From assembly GCA_010092775.1 (NCBI GenBank), contig JAADYZ010000089.1:1-48171 (forward strand): a stretch of DNA of 48,171 bases. The letters are read 5' to 3'. Shown piece by piece: positions 1-9,802 of this stretch (position 1 is the first letter of the stretch; every line of letters starts with the position of its first letter). Source of the stretch: Chloroflexota bacterium (GTDB taxonomy: Bacteria; Chloroflexota; Anaerolineae; Aggregatilineales; UBA3940). A program made the position numbers and the translations under genes. The notes beneath the pieces are model-generated. The model was given only the letters and a program-made list of their open reading frames with translations, had not been told where the DNA came from and searched no databases.

Positions 1-54
1 GAATCGCGAGTATCCCTCGCGGATCGATGTTGCATGGCTGCATGAGGGGGTAGA

Positions 55-1248
55 ATGACCAATGGCCAGCAGACCCTTCTCTTGTTTGCCGTTGATGGGG
101 TGCTGTTGCACGCTGGCGGATATAAAGAGGCGCTGCGACGTGCTGTGGACCACTTTGGCGAGCAGATGGGCCAATCTTCGCTAGACCTCAGCAATGGTGA
201 GATCGCAGCCTTTGAGGCTTGTGGCATCACCAATGAGTGGGATTCACTGCCTATGTGCGTCGGCGCATTGCTCAACGCGGCTGTTGCTGAGCGCCCTGAC
301 CTGGCCCGTCCTACTGTCGCGGAGACAATCCAAACAATCGATGCAGCTCATATCTCGATCCAACGCCCGGATTTCTCGCACATCGCTGAACGGGTACGCG
401 ATCATTATCAGTCCGGGCCGATCACAGTCAGCGTACATACGGTATTGAAAAAGGCTCAACCTCCTGACGCGCAACACCTGATCGATGAATTGTTCCGCGA
501 TGTCTATGACATTCGCAGTGTGACAACGACCGTCTTTCAAACACTCACCCTGGGCCATAATCGCTTCCATCAAACCTATGGTTTTCCGCCCGCCTTTGAG
601 GTTGACAGCACCTTGCTGAGCTTTGATCGCGCCTCGATTAGCCCCGATCGCGTTGAAGCGGTGATGACTGCGGTTGACCAGAAGCAGTTGCAAGCGGTGA
701 TCTATACCGCACGCCCCAGCCTGCCCCCAATAGACCTCAGTGATGCGGATATCCCCCATCTTCAACGAGGTCGTTACTCTCCAGAAGCGGAACTTGGGGT
801 GGAGTTGGTGGGCTTTGCGGGGAAACTGCCCATTGTTGCTGCGGGGCGCATGGCCTGGCTGGCTGATCAGAATGGTGGGCACGTGGCAGATTATGTAAAA
901 CCGGCGGCGGTGCAAGCGCTCGCTGCGATCGGGTCTGCATTGAGCGGCCAAGAAGAAGCTGCCTTGGCGGCTGCTCAGCATCTCACGACGGACAATGAGT
1001 TGACTGGCCCACTCTTGGCTTTGCGTGAAGGGCAGACCCGTGTGATTGTGTTTGAAGACTCAACCGGTGGCATTCGCGGGGTGCGTGAGGCGGCTCAACG
1101 TCTGCGCGCATTGGGCCTCAATGTGACCGATGAGGCGGTGGGTGTGGCCCCCGAAGCCAGTAAGCGCGATGCACTCAACCCGGTCGCGGATCGTGTTGTC
1201 GACTCAATAAACGATGGCTTAATGGATATCCTGGATGGGCTGAAATGA
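55..1248 (+). CDS. HAD-superfamily-like protein with a large cap insertion and a degenerate motif I
   Basis: 397-aa ORF with ATG preceded by GAGGGGG. HAD-like motifs: LLLFAVDGVLL (motif I, first Asp replaced by Ala), IYTARP, YVKP, FEDSTGGI. The stop overlaps the next start (ATGA). Confidence 0.6.
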   Translation: MTNGQQTLLLFAVDGVLLHAGGYKEALRRAVDHFGEQMGQSSLDLSNGEIAAFEACGITNEWDSLPMCVGALLNAAVAERPDLARPTVAETIQTIDAAHISIQRPDFSHIAERVRDHYQSGPITVSVHTVLKKAQPPDAQHLIDELFRDVYDIRSVTTTVFQTLTLGHNRFHQTYGFPPAFEVDSTLLSFDRASISPDRVEAVMTAVDQKQLQAVIYTARPSLPPIDLSDADIPHLQRGRYSPEAELGVELVGFAGKLPIVAAGRMAWLADQNGGHVADYVKPAAVQALAAIGSALSGQEEAALAAAQHLTTDNELTGPLLALREGQTRVIVFEDSTGGIRGVREAAQRLRALGLNVTDEAVGVAPEASKRDALNPVADRVVDSINDGLMDILDGLK

Positions 1249-2435
1249 CTCGCCTGATCTGGCTGGTACTTGTCCTTGTTGTTCTCTTGACTGCCTGCCA
1301 ACCGACCCCCTCACCGACCCCGACTGCTCCACCCACTGAGACCGCTCTGGCCGCGACGGCCACATCACCCCCCATACCCGTTGTTGATGAGAACCCAGTC
1401 CATTTTCGTGGCGATACAGCACGCTCCGGCCAATTTGAGGGGCCAGCACTGCGCGACGCGCCAGACATTCTGTGGCGTTTCCAAACCGATGGCAATGTGC
1501 GCGGCTCACCGATTGTCTCAGGTAATCTGCTGTTTGTCGGCAGCGCTGATCAATATGTCTATGCTTAGGATCGTTTCAGTGGCGAGTTGATCTGGCGTTT
1601 TGAAACAGGTGATGAGGTTGTTGGATCGGGAGCGGTAGTTGACGGCCTGCTGTTCATTGGCAGTCAGGACAACATCCTCTATGCTCTCGACGCACTGACT
1701 GGCGATCTTGTCTGGTCGTTTGAGACGGGTGCCCAAATCTATGCCTCACCGGCGATCGCTGCTGGGTTGGTCGTTATTGGCAGCAGTGACAGTACGCTGT
1801 ATGCATTGGAACAAGGCAGCGGTGAACTCATGTGGTCGCTGGATTTAGGTCGGCAAATCTGGTCGTCCCCCGCGATTGTCGATGGCATTGTCTACATTGG
1901 AAGCTGGAGCGGCCTGCTCAGTGCGATTGACTTAGCGACCGGTGACCTGTTGTGGGAGGCCGAGACTGACGGGCAGATTTGGTCCACGCCGGTCGTTAGG
2001 GATGATCGCATTTACGTGGGTAACAATGGCGGCGCATTGTATGCTTTCGCTCGAGAGGATGGGGCAGAGATCTGGCGCTTTGCGACAGGCGACGACGTGA
2101 ATAGCGCAGTCGTTGTTAGCGAAGATCGGGTGATTTTCGGCAGTGTGGATGGCACGGTCTACGCAGTCGATGTGGAGAGTGGGGAAGAAGTCTGGCGCTT
2201 CACAGCAGGCGAGCCCTTCTATGCGTCGCCCAGCCTGGTTGAGGATGTGGTGTTGATTGCGGGTGAGGCGGGTGGCCTGCTCCATGCGCTGGATGCGACC
2301 ACCGGCGACGAACTCTGGCGCATCCAGACGGGCAATCCGGGTAACAATCGCTCCTCTTCTGCCTGGATTGTGGATGGCGTTTTGTACATCGGCAGCAATG
2401 ATGACCGTATCTATGCGCTAGCCCCACCGGAATAG
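1245..2435 (+). pseudogene. PQQ-like (YVTN/BamB-type) beta-propeller lipoprotein interrupted by one in-frame TAG at 1566-1568
   Basis: ORFs 1245..1568 and 1587..2435 are in the same frame. The N-terminal lipobox is LLTAC. Blades repeat as xxLYALDxxTGxxxWxFxTG, and the stop falls in VYA*DRFSGELIWRFETG, where every other blade has L/F/V/I (TTG to TAG is one change). Confidence 0.75.
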
Positions 2436-2485
2436 GACATCTGCGGCGGTGAAGTTGTGACGCCGCCTACTCATCCGCTATCATC

Positions 2486-3982
2486 ATGCCGATGACGCAT
2501 TGGACCCTCATTCTGGCGCAGGTCGTTCATGTGGCTAGCGCGCTTGGCCTGGCAATAATCGGGTTCAACGCCCTGGTTCTATCAGGGATTTATCTGTTGC
2601 GGCGACGATTCCCCGCGCCACAAAAACCAACGCAGCCCCACGCTTGGCCCTCGGTTACGGTGCAATTGCCTCTCTACAATGAGCGCTATGTTGTGGAGCG
2701 CCTGATCGAAGCCGTCGCTCAGCTGGATTATCCTCGTGAGGCACTGCACATTCAGATTTTGGATGATTCGACAGATCAGACCAGTGTCATCGTCAATCGG
2801 TTGGTCGAGCATTATCAGGATCAGGGATTAAACATCAGCCATGTACAGCGCGAGATTCGCACGGGCTACAAAGCCGGGGCCCTGCGTGCTGGCCTCGCGC
2901 TGATCGACAGCGCCTTCATCGCGGTGTTCGATGCTGATTTTGTGCCGCCAGCAGACTTTCTGAAAGCGACTATTCCGCATTTTGCGGACCCCAGGATCGG
3001 TATGGTTCAGGCGCGCTGGGCACACCTCAATGCCCTTAGCAGTTGGTTCACGCGGGCGCAGTCGCTGGCGCTAGATGCGCACTTTGTCGTTGAACAGACC
3101 GCACGCAATCGGAGCGGCCTGTTGATGAATTTCTCAGGTGCGGCGGGGGTATGGCGGCGCACCTGCATTGAGGACAGCGGTGGCTGGCAAGCCGATACCC
3201 TTTCGGAGGACATTGACCTGAGCTATCGGGCGCAGTTGCGTGACTGGGCTTGCCTCTATCTGCCGGAGGTCAGCGCCCCAGCCGAACTCCCGCCGACCGC
3301 GATGGCTTTCAAGACCCAACAGGCCCGCTGGGCGACCGGTACAATCCAATGCTTGCGCAAGCTCGGCCCCGACATTCTGCGCGCTGATCTGAGATTGTGG
3401 CAGAAGGTGCAGGCCTTTCTACATTTGAGCGGTTATTTGGTGCACCCGCTGCTGATTTTGCTGCTGCTCACCACCCTCCCCTTGATGCTGTCAGATACCT
3501 TGACTGGCCTTCCGCTGGCGGGCCTCAGCCTGGCAACCCTTGGCCCCTTGCTGCAGGTGGTCATCGGGCAAATGACATTGTACGAGGATCGCGGCGAACG
3601 TTTGTTGGTTCTGCCAGCCTATATGATGATGGGCCTGGGTATTGCCTTGAGTAACACCTTGGCGGTGCTGCGGGGCTTCTCTAATCAGCAGTTTGCCTTC
3701 GAGCGGACGCCCAAGTTTCGCTCCGACGACCAGCAAGACGGACTCAGTTCAACTCACTATCGTCAATCGCTCAACGCGGTGAGTTTGCTCGAAGCGATCC
3801 TGTTTGCCTACGCGGCGATCAGTGCCTGGGTGGCCTGGACCAGTGTCCCCGCTGCGCTCCCCTTTATGCTGCTTTATGCCGCTGGATTTGGCACGATCAG
3901 CGCGTTGAGCTTGTGGCAGTCCCTCAAAGTGGCTCACTATCGCGGTAAGCAGCTCCCCTTCGCCCCGGCCAGCAAGAACTAA
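2486..3982 (+). CDS. Processive family-2 glycosyltransferase (CesA/CslA-like beta-glycan synthase) with a C-terminal multi-TM region
   Basis: Motifs in canonical order: LPLYNE, ILDDSTD, FDADF (DxD), SED (TED-like) and QQARW (QxxRW). One N-terminal TM and several C-terminal hydrophobic helices. Confidence 0.85.
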   Translation: MPMTHWTLILAQVVHVASALGLAIIGFNALVLSGIYLLRRRFPAPQKPTQPHAWPSVTVQLPLYNERYVVERLIEAVAQLDYPREALHIQILDDSTDQTSVIVNRLVEHYQDQGLNISHVQREIRTGYKAGALRAGLALIDSAFIAVFDADFVPPADFLKATIPHFADPRIGMVQARWAHLNALSSWFTRAQSLALDAHFVVEQTARNRSGLLMNFSGAAGVWRRTCIEDSGGWQADTLSEDIDLSYRAQLRDWACLYLPEVSAPAELPPTAMAFKTQQARWATGTIQCLRKLGPDILRADLRLWQKVQAFLHLSGYLVHPLLILLLLTTLPLMLSDTLTGLPLAGLSLATLGPLLQVVIGQMTLYEDRGERLLVLPAYMMMGLGIALSNTLAVLRGFSNQQFAFERTPKFRSDDQQDGLSSTHYRQSLNAVSLLEAILFAYAAISAWVAWTSVPAALPFMLLYAAGFGTISALSLWQSLKVAHYRGKQLPFAPASKN

Positions 3983-4054
3983 CTTCATCGCTATCATCTG
4001 GCGCGCTGGCTACAATCTGCCTAGTGATGACTGCGTAAGCAAAGGAACGCGACA

Positions 4055-5509
4055 ATGTATGACGTGGTAGTGGTTGGCGGTGGCCCCGCTGGCGTGGTGG
4101 CGGCACTGCGTGCCCGCGAACTCGGCGCGAATGTGGCTCTGGTCGACAAGGATCGTCTGGGGGGCACCTGTACCAACGATGGTTGTGTGCCGACGCGCGT
4201 GCTGGCCAAAGCGGCGCGCTTGATGCGAGATAGTCAGCAGTTCAGCATGTATGGGCTGCAAATCGACGCAGCACCTCGCGTGGACTTTGCCGCCGTCATG
4301 CAGCGCACGCAAGACGTTGTTGATGAGGTCCACACGAAAAAGCAGCTTCAGGAACATCTTGAGGAGATCGGCGTCAGCACCTTCACTGATGCAGGACAAA
4401 CCGCCTTTCTTGATGAGCATACCCTAACGACAGAGACCTCTGGCCAGGTGCAAGGGGAGCGCTTCATATTATGTGTAGGTGGCTCACCTCGTCAGCTCCC
4501 GTTCCCAGGTGGCGAATATGCCTTCACGAGTGCAACGGTATGGAATCTTCGTGAGACGCCATCCTCTGTGGCGATTATCGGGGCTGGTGCGACAGGCTGC
4601 CAGCTTGCCTCCGTCTTTGAGGATTTCGGTGTCGAGGTAACCTTGCTCGACATAGCAACACGCATCCTACCGACTGAGGACGAAGGGGTATCACGTGAGA
4701 TTGCTACACAGTTTCGCCAGCGCGGCATCAACCTATTGACCGGGATTGGCGGAGTGCAGGGCATCACTCAACGGGACGGCCACTACCAACTAGATTACAC
4801 GGATGCAGATCAGCAACCTCAGCGCTTGCCTGTTGACGCCGTGATCGCCTCGATTGGCTGGCCGGGCAACGTGGTTCAGATGGCCCTAGACAAGGCTGGG
4901 ATCGAGACCACGCGCAGCTATGTGCTGGTGAACGATTATTTGCAGACCTCAAAACCGCATATCTTCGCTGCCGGGGACATTACCGGGCGCAGCATGTTAG
5001 TGCAGTCAGCAGGCTATCAAGGGCGTATCGCTGCCGAAAATGCCCTACTTTCCTACAATCAAGCCGCTGAGGAGCGCCTGATTCCGCACGGTGGCTTTAC
5101 CGATCCGGAGTATGGAGGCGTTGGGCTGACAGAAGAGCAAGCACGTCAGCACTATGATGTTGTCACGGCGACGGTGCCTTATGCCGATCTTGACCGCGCC
5201 GTGATCGACAACCGCAAGGTGGGCTTTTGTAAGCTGGTGGTCGATCGGCGCAGCAGTGTGATCCTTGGGGCGCACGTGGTGGGCGAACAAGCCGTCGAGA
5301 TTGTCTCGACCGTTTCAGCGGGGATGGCAGGTGGTCTGCGTGTTCAACAGCTTGCGGACCTCGAACTGGCCTATCCGACCTTTGTGGCGATTATCGGTTT
5401 GGCCGCACGGCAGATTGCACGCGAGGTGGGAGCGGTTCAAGTCACGCCCGAGTGGCGTGAACTCACTGAACTGCGCGTCGCTGAGTGGGAGCGCACTCGG
5501 ACAGAATAG
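4055..5509 (+). CDS. FAD-dependent pyridine nucleotide-disulfide oxidoreductase (dihydrolipoyl dehydrogenase / mercuric-reductase-like class I)
   Basis: N-terminal GGGPAG dinucleotide fold, redox-active GGTCTNDGCVPTR (CxxxxC), second GAGATG fold, C-terminal dimerisation motif HGGFTDPEYGGVGLTE. Confidence 0.85.
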   Translation: MYDVVVVGGGPAGVVAALRARELGANVALVDKDRLGGTCTNDGCVPTRVLAKAARLMRDSQQFSMYGLQIDAAPRVDFAAVMQRTQDVVDEVHTKKQLQEHLEEIGVSTFTDAGQTAFLDEHTLTTETSGQVQGERFILCVGGSPRQLPFPGGEYAFTSATVWNLRETPSSVAIIGAGATGCQLASVFEDFGVEVTLLDIATRILPTEDEGVSREIATQFRQRGINLLTGIGGVQGITQRDGHYQLDYTDADQQPQRLPVDAVIASIGWPGNVVQMALDKAGIETTRSYVLVNDYLQTSKPHIFAAGDITGRSMLVQSAGYQGRIAAENALLSYNQAAEERLIPHGGFTDPEYGGVGLTEEQARQHYDVVTATVPYADLDRAVIDNRKVGFCKLVVDRRSSVILGAHVVGEQAVEIVSTVSAGMAGGLRVQQLADLELAYPTFVAIIGLAARQIAREVGAVQVTPEWRELTELRVAEWERTRTE

Positions 5510-5594
5510 TCATCTGGTAACTCAGGTGGTTGTGCAAGAAATCACATGTTACACTGTGTTTGATGATTTCTAAAACGACTAAAGAGAGTGAGAA

Positions 5595-6584
5595 ATGCAG
5601 AAGAAACTGCTCCCTATCTTGTTGATCAGTCTAATCGCTGCAATAATGGCTGCTTGCGTCTCTGCTCCGGCAGACGAACCAGCGAATACTGGGGCTGATA
5701 CGGCTGAAGAAGAGGTGGCTGTTGAAGCGCTGCGGGTCGCACTACTGCCTATCCTGGATGTTCTGCCCTTCTTCGTTGCCGAGCAGAACGGCTACTTCAT
5801 TGATGCTGGTATCGAGGTCGAGTCGGTGCCGGTCGCCAGTGCTGTCGAGCGTGACCAGCTCATGCAGGCTGGTGAGATCGATGCGATGCTCAATGAGATG
5901 GCGTCGAGTGCCGTCTTCAACCGCGATGATATTCAGGTACAAGTCGTGATGGCCGCACGCGAAGCGACAGCCGAAGCGCCGCTGTTCCGTGTATTAGCCG
6001 CTCCGGGAAGCGCTGTGAGCAGCCCATCTGACCTGTCTGGTGTGCCGATTGGGATCTCCCAGAATACCATCATCGAATACGTCACCGAGCGTTTGCTGGA
6101 GCAGGAAGGTGTCGAAGACATCAATGGTCAGTCGGTTCCTGCGATTCCGGAGCGCTTCCAACTCCTGATGGAAGGCCAGCTCGAGGCAGCTACTCTACCT
6201 GATCCGCTCGCACAAAGTGCGATTGAGTCGGGTGCTGTTTTGGTGATCGATGACTCATCCTATCCGCAGTTTGCCGTCAGCGTCCTGACATTTAGCAGCG
6301 CCACAATCGAGTCAAACCCTGAAGGGGTGCGCCGTTTCCTGCAAGCCTGGAACCGCGCTGCCGTCGAGATCAACGCCAACCCAGAAGAATATCGCGCCTT
6401 GCTGCTGGAACGCATCCAGGTTCCGCCGAACGTTCAGGAAGACTATGAAGTCCCACCCTTCCCAGAGGCGAAAGTCCCCAGCGAAGAGCAGTGGAACGAC
6501 GTAATCGAATGGCTGCAAGAGAAGGGTGTTTTGGACGCCGCCCTACCTTATGCTGACTCGGTCAACGCTGATTTCCTCCCCTAA
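5595..6584 (+). CDS. ABC transporter substrate-binding lipoprotein, NMT1/THI5-like (NitT/TauT family)
   Basis: Lipobox IMAAC and an acidic linker. The domain pattern is typical of nitrate/sulfonate/HMP-type binding proteins. It is the first gene of a tightly coupled operon. Confidence 0.8.
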   Translation: MQKKLLPILLISLIAAIMAACVSAPADEPANTGADTAEEEVAVEALRVALLPILDVLPFFVAEQNGYFIDAGIEVESVPVASAVERDQLMQAGEIDAMLNEMASSAVFNRDDIQVQVVMAAREATAEAPLFRVLAAPGSAVSSPSDLSGVPIGISQNTIIEYVTERLLEQEGVEDINGQSVPAIPERFQLLMEGQLEAATLPDPLAQSAIESGAVLVIDDSSYPQFAVSVLTFSSATIESNPEGVRRFLQAWNRAAVEINANPEEYRALLLERIQVPPNVQEDYEVPPFPEAKVPSEEQWNDVIEWLQEKGVLDAALPYADSVNADFLP

Positions 6585-6590
6585 CAGAGC

Positions 6591-7382
6591 ATGATTGCGG
6601 TTGATCGTATCCGTTTTGCTTATGGCCAGCAATCGACCGTCTTCGAGTCTTTCTCGTGGACGGTCGATACAGGCCAGACCTGGGCGATTATTGGGCCGTC
6701 CGGTTGCGGCAAATCAACACTGCTGTATCTACTGGCGGGGCTTCGTCGGCCTGACAGCGGCGTGATTACAATACACGGCCAGCCGGTGCAGCGACCACGC
6801 CCTCGCACCGGTTTGATTTTGCAGGACCATGGGCTGCTGCCTTGGGCCACCGTCTGGAAAAACGCCCGATTAGGTCTGACCATCCGAGAATTCTACGGTC
6901 CAGATGGCGAACATGCCCCCGGCGGGGAAGCGCTCAGTAAAGCAACGGCCAACGAGCAGGTTGCCTACTGGTTGGACCGTCTCAATATCTCCGCACTACG
7001 CGAGAAGTATCCTTCGCAACTATCCGGGGGGCAGCGTCAGCGCACGGCGATCGCTCGAACCCTGGCCATGGAGCCCGATCTGCTGCTGATGGACGAACCC
7101 TTCTCCTCGCTGGATGCACTCACCCGAGAGAATCTACAGAACGTGGTTGTTGATTTACAGCGCGAGGTTGAGCTAACGTCGGTGATCGTCACACATGATA
7201 TTGACGAAGCGGTTTTTTTGGGTGAACGCATTCTGGTTTTGAGTGAGCCGCCCAATCGGCAGACTCGCATTGTGGAGAATGACGGCGCTGGTAGCTCCAA
7301 CTATCGTAAAAGCACGGCTTTTGCCGCGCGTGTGGCGCAAGTTCGGGACATCCTAGGGGCGAGCTATGCGCCAGCGACTTAG
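6591..7382 (+). CDS. ABC transporter ATP-binding protein (NitT/TauT family)
   Basis: Walker A GPSGCGKST, signature LSGGQRQR, Walker B LLLMDEPFS, H-loop THD. Confidence 0.9.
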   Translation: MIAVDRIRFAYGQQSTVFESFSWTVDTGQTWAIIGPSGCGKSTLLYLLAGLRRPDSGVITIHGQPVQRPRPRTGLILQDHGLLPWATVWKNARLGLTIREFYGPDGEHAPGGEALSKATANEQVAYWLDRLNISALREKYPSQLSGGQRQRTAIARTLAMEPDLLLMDEPFSSLDALTRENLQNVVVDLQREVELTSVIVTHDIDEAVFLGERILVLSEPPNRQTRIVENDGAGSSNYRKSTAFAARVAQVRDILGASYAPAT

Positions 7383-8133
7383 CCTCCGCGATGTGTTGAT
7401 CGGCATTGGGATGTTCTTGCTGCTGTGGCAGGGGTTGACATGGATCATCAATCGCCCTATTATGCCTGGCCCGGTTGAGGTTTTGCCGCTGTTTGTTCGT
7501 CTGCTGTTCAGCGAATCGGAAGAATTGGCGCGTCACACGCTGGCAAGCAGTGGTCGTGTTTTGGCGGCGATGGGGCTGGCGGTGGTCACGGCGGCACCGA
7601 TTGGGATGGGGCTAGGTCAGATGCGCCAGCTTGATCGTATCTTCACCCCATTGATTGCCATCACCTATCCGGTGCCGAAAATCGTGCTGCTGCCAGTGAT
7701 CTACGTGCTGTTGGGCATCAGCGATTTCTCAAAAATCTTTCTGATCGCTCTGATCCTCTTCTTTCAAATTCTGGTGGTGGTGCGTGATGAGGCGGCCAAT
7801 CTACAGCCGGAGTTGATCTTCTCCGTGCGGTCGCTCGGGGCAGGTCGCCTGGCCCTATTCCGCTTTGTGTACTTCCCGGCGGCGATGCCAGCCGTCTTGA
7901 CGGCGCTGCGCATCTCAGTGGGGACGGCGATTGCGGTGCTGTTTATCGCAGAGCAGTCTTTGACGGAATATGGGCTGGGCTACTACATCGTCGTAGAGAC
8001 CTACCAGATTCTACGTTATCCAGAGATGTACTGCGGTATCCTAGCGATGAGTTTACTCGGTCTCCTGCTGTACTTCTCTATTGACGCATTGGAGCACCGG
8101 GTTAATCGGCATTTGTATTTGGAGGCAGGCTGA
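7366..8133 (+). CDS. ABC transporter permease (NitT/TauT family)
   Basis: Six or so hydrophobic helices and an EAA-like loop region. The start overlaps the ATPase gene by 17 nt. The stop overlaps the menG start (TGATG). Confidence 0.85.
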   Translation: MRQRLSLRDVLIGIGMFLLLWQGLTWIINRPIMPGPVEVLPLFVRLLFSESEELARHTLASSGRVLAAMGLAVVTAAPIGMGLGQMRQLDRIFTPLIAITYPVPKIVLLPVIYVLLGISDFSKIFLIALILFFQILVVVRDEAANLQPELIFSVRSLGAGRLALFRFVYFPAAMPAVLTALRISVGTAIAVLFIAEQSLTEYGLGYYIVVETYQILRYPEMYCGILAMSLLGLLLYFSIDALEHRVNRHLYLEAG

Positions 8134-8855
8134 TGGCCGACTTGCAGGGCCGCGAACGCGCCCATTACGTACGTGACATGTTCGAGCGCATCGCTGGGCG
8201 CTATGACCTGATGAACCGCCTGATGACTTTCGGACAGGATCGGCGCTGGCGGCGCTATGTGATTCAGCAGGCACGCCTTGATTCGGATGCCCTATTGCTC
8301 GATGTAGCGACTGGGACCGGCGACATCGCTCAGGAGGGGCTGCGCCAACATCCTGACATCACCGTGGTGGGTCTGGACTTCGCCCCAACAATGATGACGG
8401 TCGGACGTGATCGCCTGGGGCGCAGGAAAATCTTATGGTGTGATGGAGATGCGATCAACCTGCCCTTCCCTGATAGCCACTTTGATGCGGCTGTCTCTGG
8501 CTACTTGATGCGCAACGTAATCGACGTGCCACGCGCTTTTCGCGAGCAGATGCGAGTGGTGAAACCCAGTGGTTGGATCGTTACCCTTGATACGACACCG
8601 CCCCCGCCTAATCTGCTGCGCCCCTTTATTCTGATCCATCTACGCTTTGTGATTCCCTTATTGGGGCGGCTGATCGCGGGTGATGACTCTGCCTATAGCT
8701 ACCTACCTGAGTCGACCGAAGGCTTTAAGACGCCAGAGGAGCTCGCGACCATTATGCGCGATGTCGGCTTGCAAGAGGTCAGCTTTCGGCGCTTTATGTT
8801 TGGCACGATGGCTGTTCACATGGGACGCCGCCCGCAAGCTGAGGAGGCTGGATGA
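8133..8855 (+). CDS. menG: Demethylmenaquinone / ubiquinone-family C-methyltransferase (UbiE/MenG)
   Basis: Characteristic N-terminus VRDMFERIAGRYDLMNRLMTFGQDRRWRR, followed by the SAM motif LLDVATGTGD. Confidence 0.85.
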   Translation: MADLQGRERAHYVRDMFERIAGRYDLMNRLMTFGQDRRWRRYVIQQARLDSDALLLDVATGTGDIAQEGLRQHPDITVVGLDFAPTMMTVGRDRLGRRKILWCDGDAINLPFPDSHFDAAVSGYLMRNVIDVPRAFREQMRVVKPSGWIVTLDTTPPPPNLLRPFILIHLRFVIPLLGRLIAGDDSAYSYLPESTEGFKTPEELATIMRDVGLQEVSFRRFMFGTMAVHMGRRPQAEEAG

Positions 8856-9739
8856 CGACGATCTCCAAGCGTGACGCTTGGCTGCTGGCCAGCCGACCCA
8901 AGACCCTACCCGCTGCGGTCGCCCCGGTGTTGGTCGGTGTGGGGTTGGCCATCCATGATGATGTGCTGGCGATCCTACCGGCACTGGCCGCTTTACTGGG
9001 CGCACTGCTGCTGCAAGTCGGCGTGAACTTGGCCAACGACTACTTCGACTTTATGAAAGGCGTTGACTCGGAGGAGCGGCGCGGACCTACTCGGGTGACG
9101 CAAAGTGGCTTGATCCCGCCGGAGCAGGTGCGCCTGGGTATGATCGTGATTTTCGGCTTGTCCGTTTTGAACGGCAGCTACTTGATCGTGGTTGGAGGTT
9201 GGCCAATCCTAGCCGTTGGCGTGCTATCGATCCTGGCGGCCTTGGCCTACAGCGGCGGTCCCTATCCGCTGGCCTCGCATGGGCTGGGCGACCTGGCGGT
9301 CTTCATTTTCTTTGGCCTGTTTGCGGTGTGTGGTACCTACTATGTGCAAGCGCTTGATCTGACCCCGCTGGTGGTCTTGGCTGCGCTGCCGCCCGGCTTC
9401 CTGATCACAGCGATTCTGGTAGTCAACAATCTGCGTGATATTGAGACGGATCGGAAGGCGGGTAAGACTACCCTGGCTGTGCTCCTGGGGGAGCCGGGGG
9501 CGCGTCTAGAATATGTCCTGCTGTTGATTGGCGCTCTATTGGGCGTGATCGCGCTGTGGCTCCTGGGCTTCGGCTGGCCCGTGCTGATTGCCTTGCTGAC
9601 CATCCCGCTGCATCTGCGCTTGATCCGCGCCATTTATGGCCCGAACGAAGGCCCACATATGAATCTGACGCTGGCGCAAACAGCCCAGCTTGCACTGATC
9701 TTTTGTGCGCTAATGGCTCTGGGGATCGCTTTGGCCTGA
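8852..9739 (+). CDS. menA: 1,4-dihydroxy-2-naphthoate polyprenyltransferase (UbiA superfamily)
   Basis: Eight to nine TM helices, NLANDYFDFMKGVD (NDxxD) and a second Asp-rich loop NNLRDIETD. ATGA overlap with menG. Confidence 0.85.
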   Translation: MTTISKRDAWLLASRPKTLPAAVAPVLVGVGLAIHDDVLAILPALAALLGALLLQVGVNLANDYFDFMKGVDSEERRGPTRVTQSGLIPPEQVRLGMIVIFGLSVLNGSYLIVVGGWPILAVGVLSILAALAYSGGPYPLASHGLGDLAVFIFFGLFAVCGTYYVQALDLTPLVVLAALPPGFLITAILVVNNLRDIETDRKAGKTTLAVLLGEPGARLEYVLLLIGALLGVIALWLLGFGWPVLIALLTIPLHLRLIRAIYGPNEGPHMNLTLAQTAQLALIFCALMALGIALA

Positions 9740-9802
9740 AACTCAAACGGACCGTGCTGGGCACGATCCGTCAGGTAGGTTGCTTCGGTTTGTTGGGCGA
9801 TC

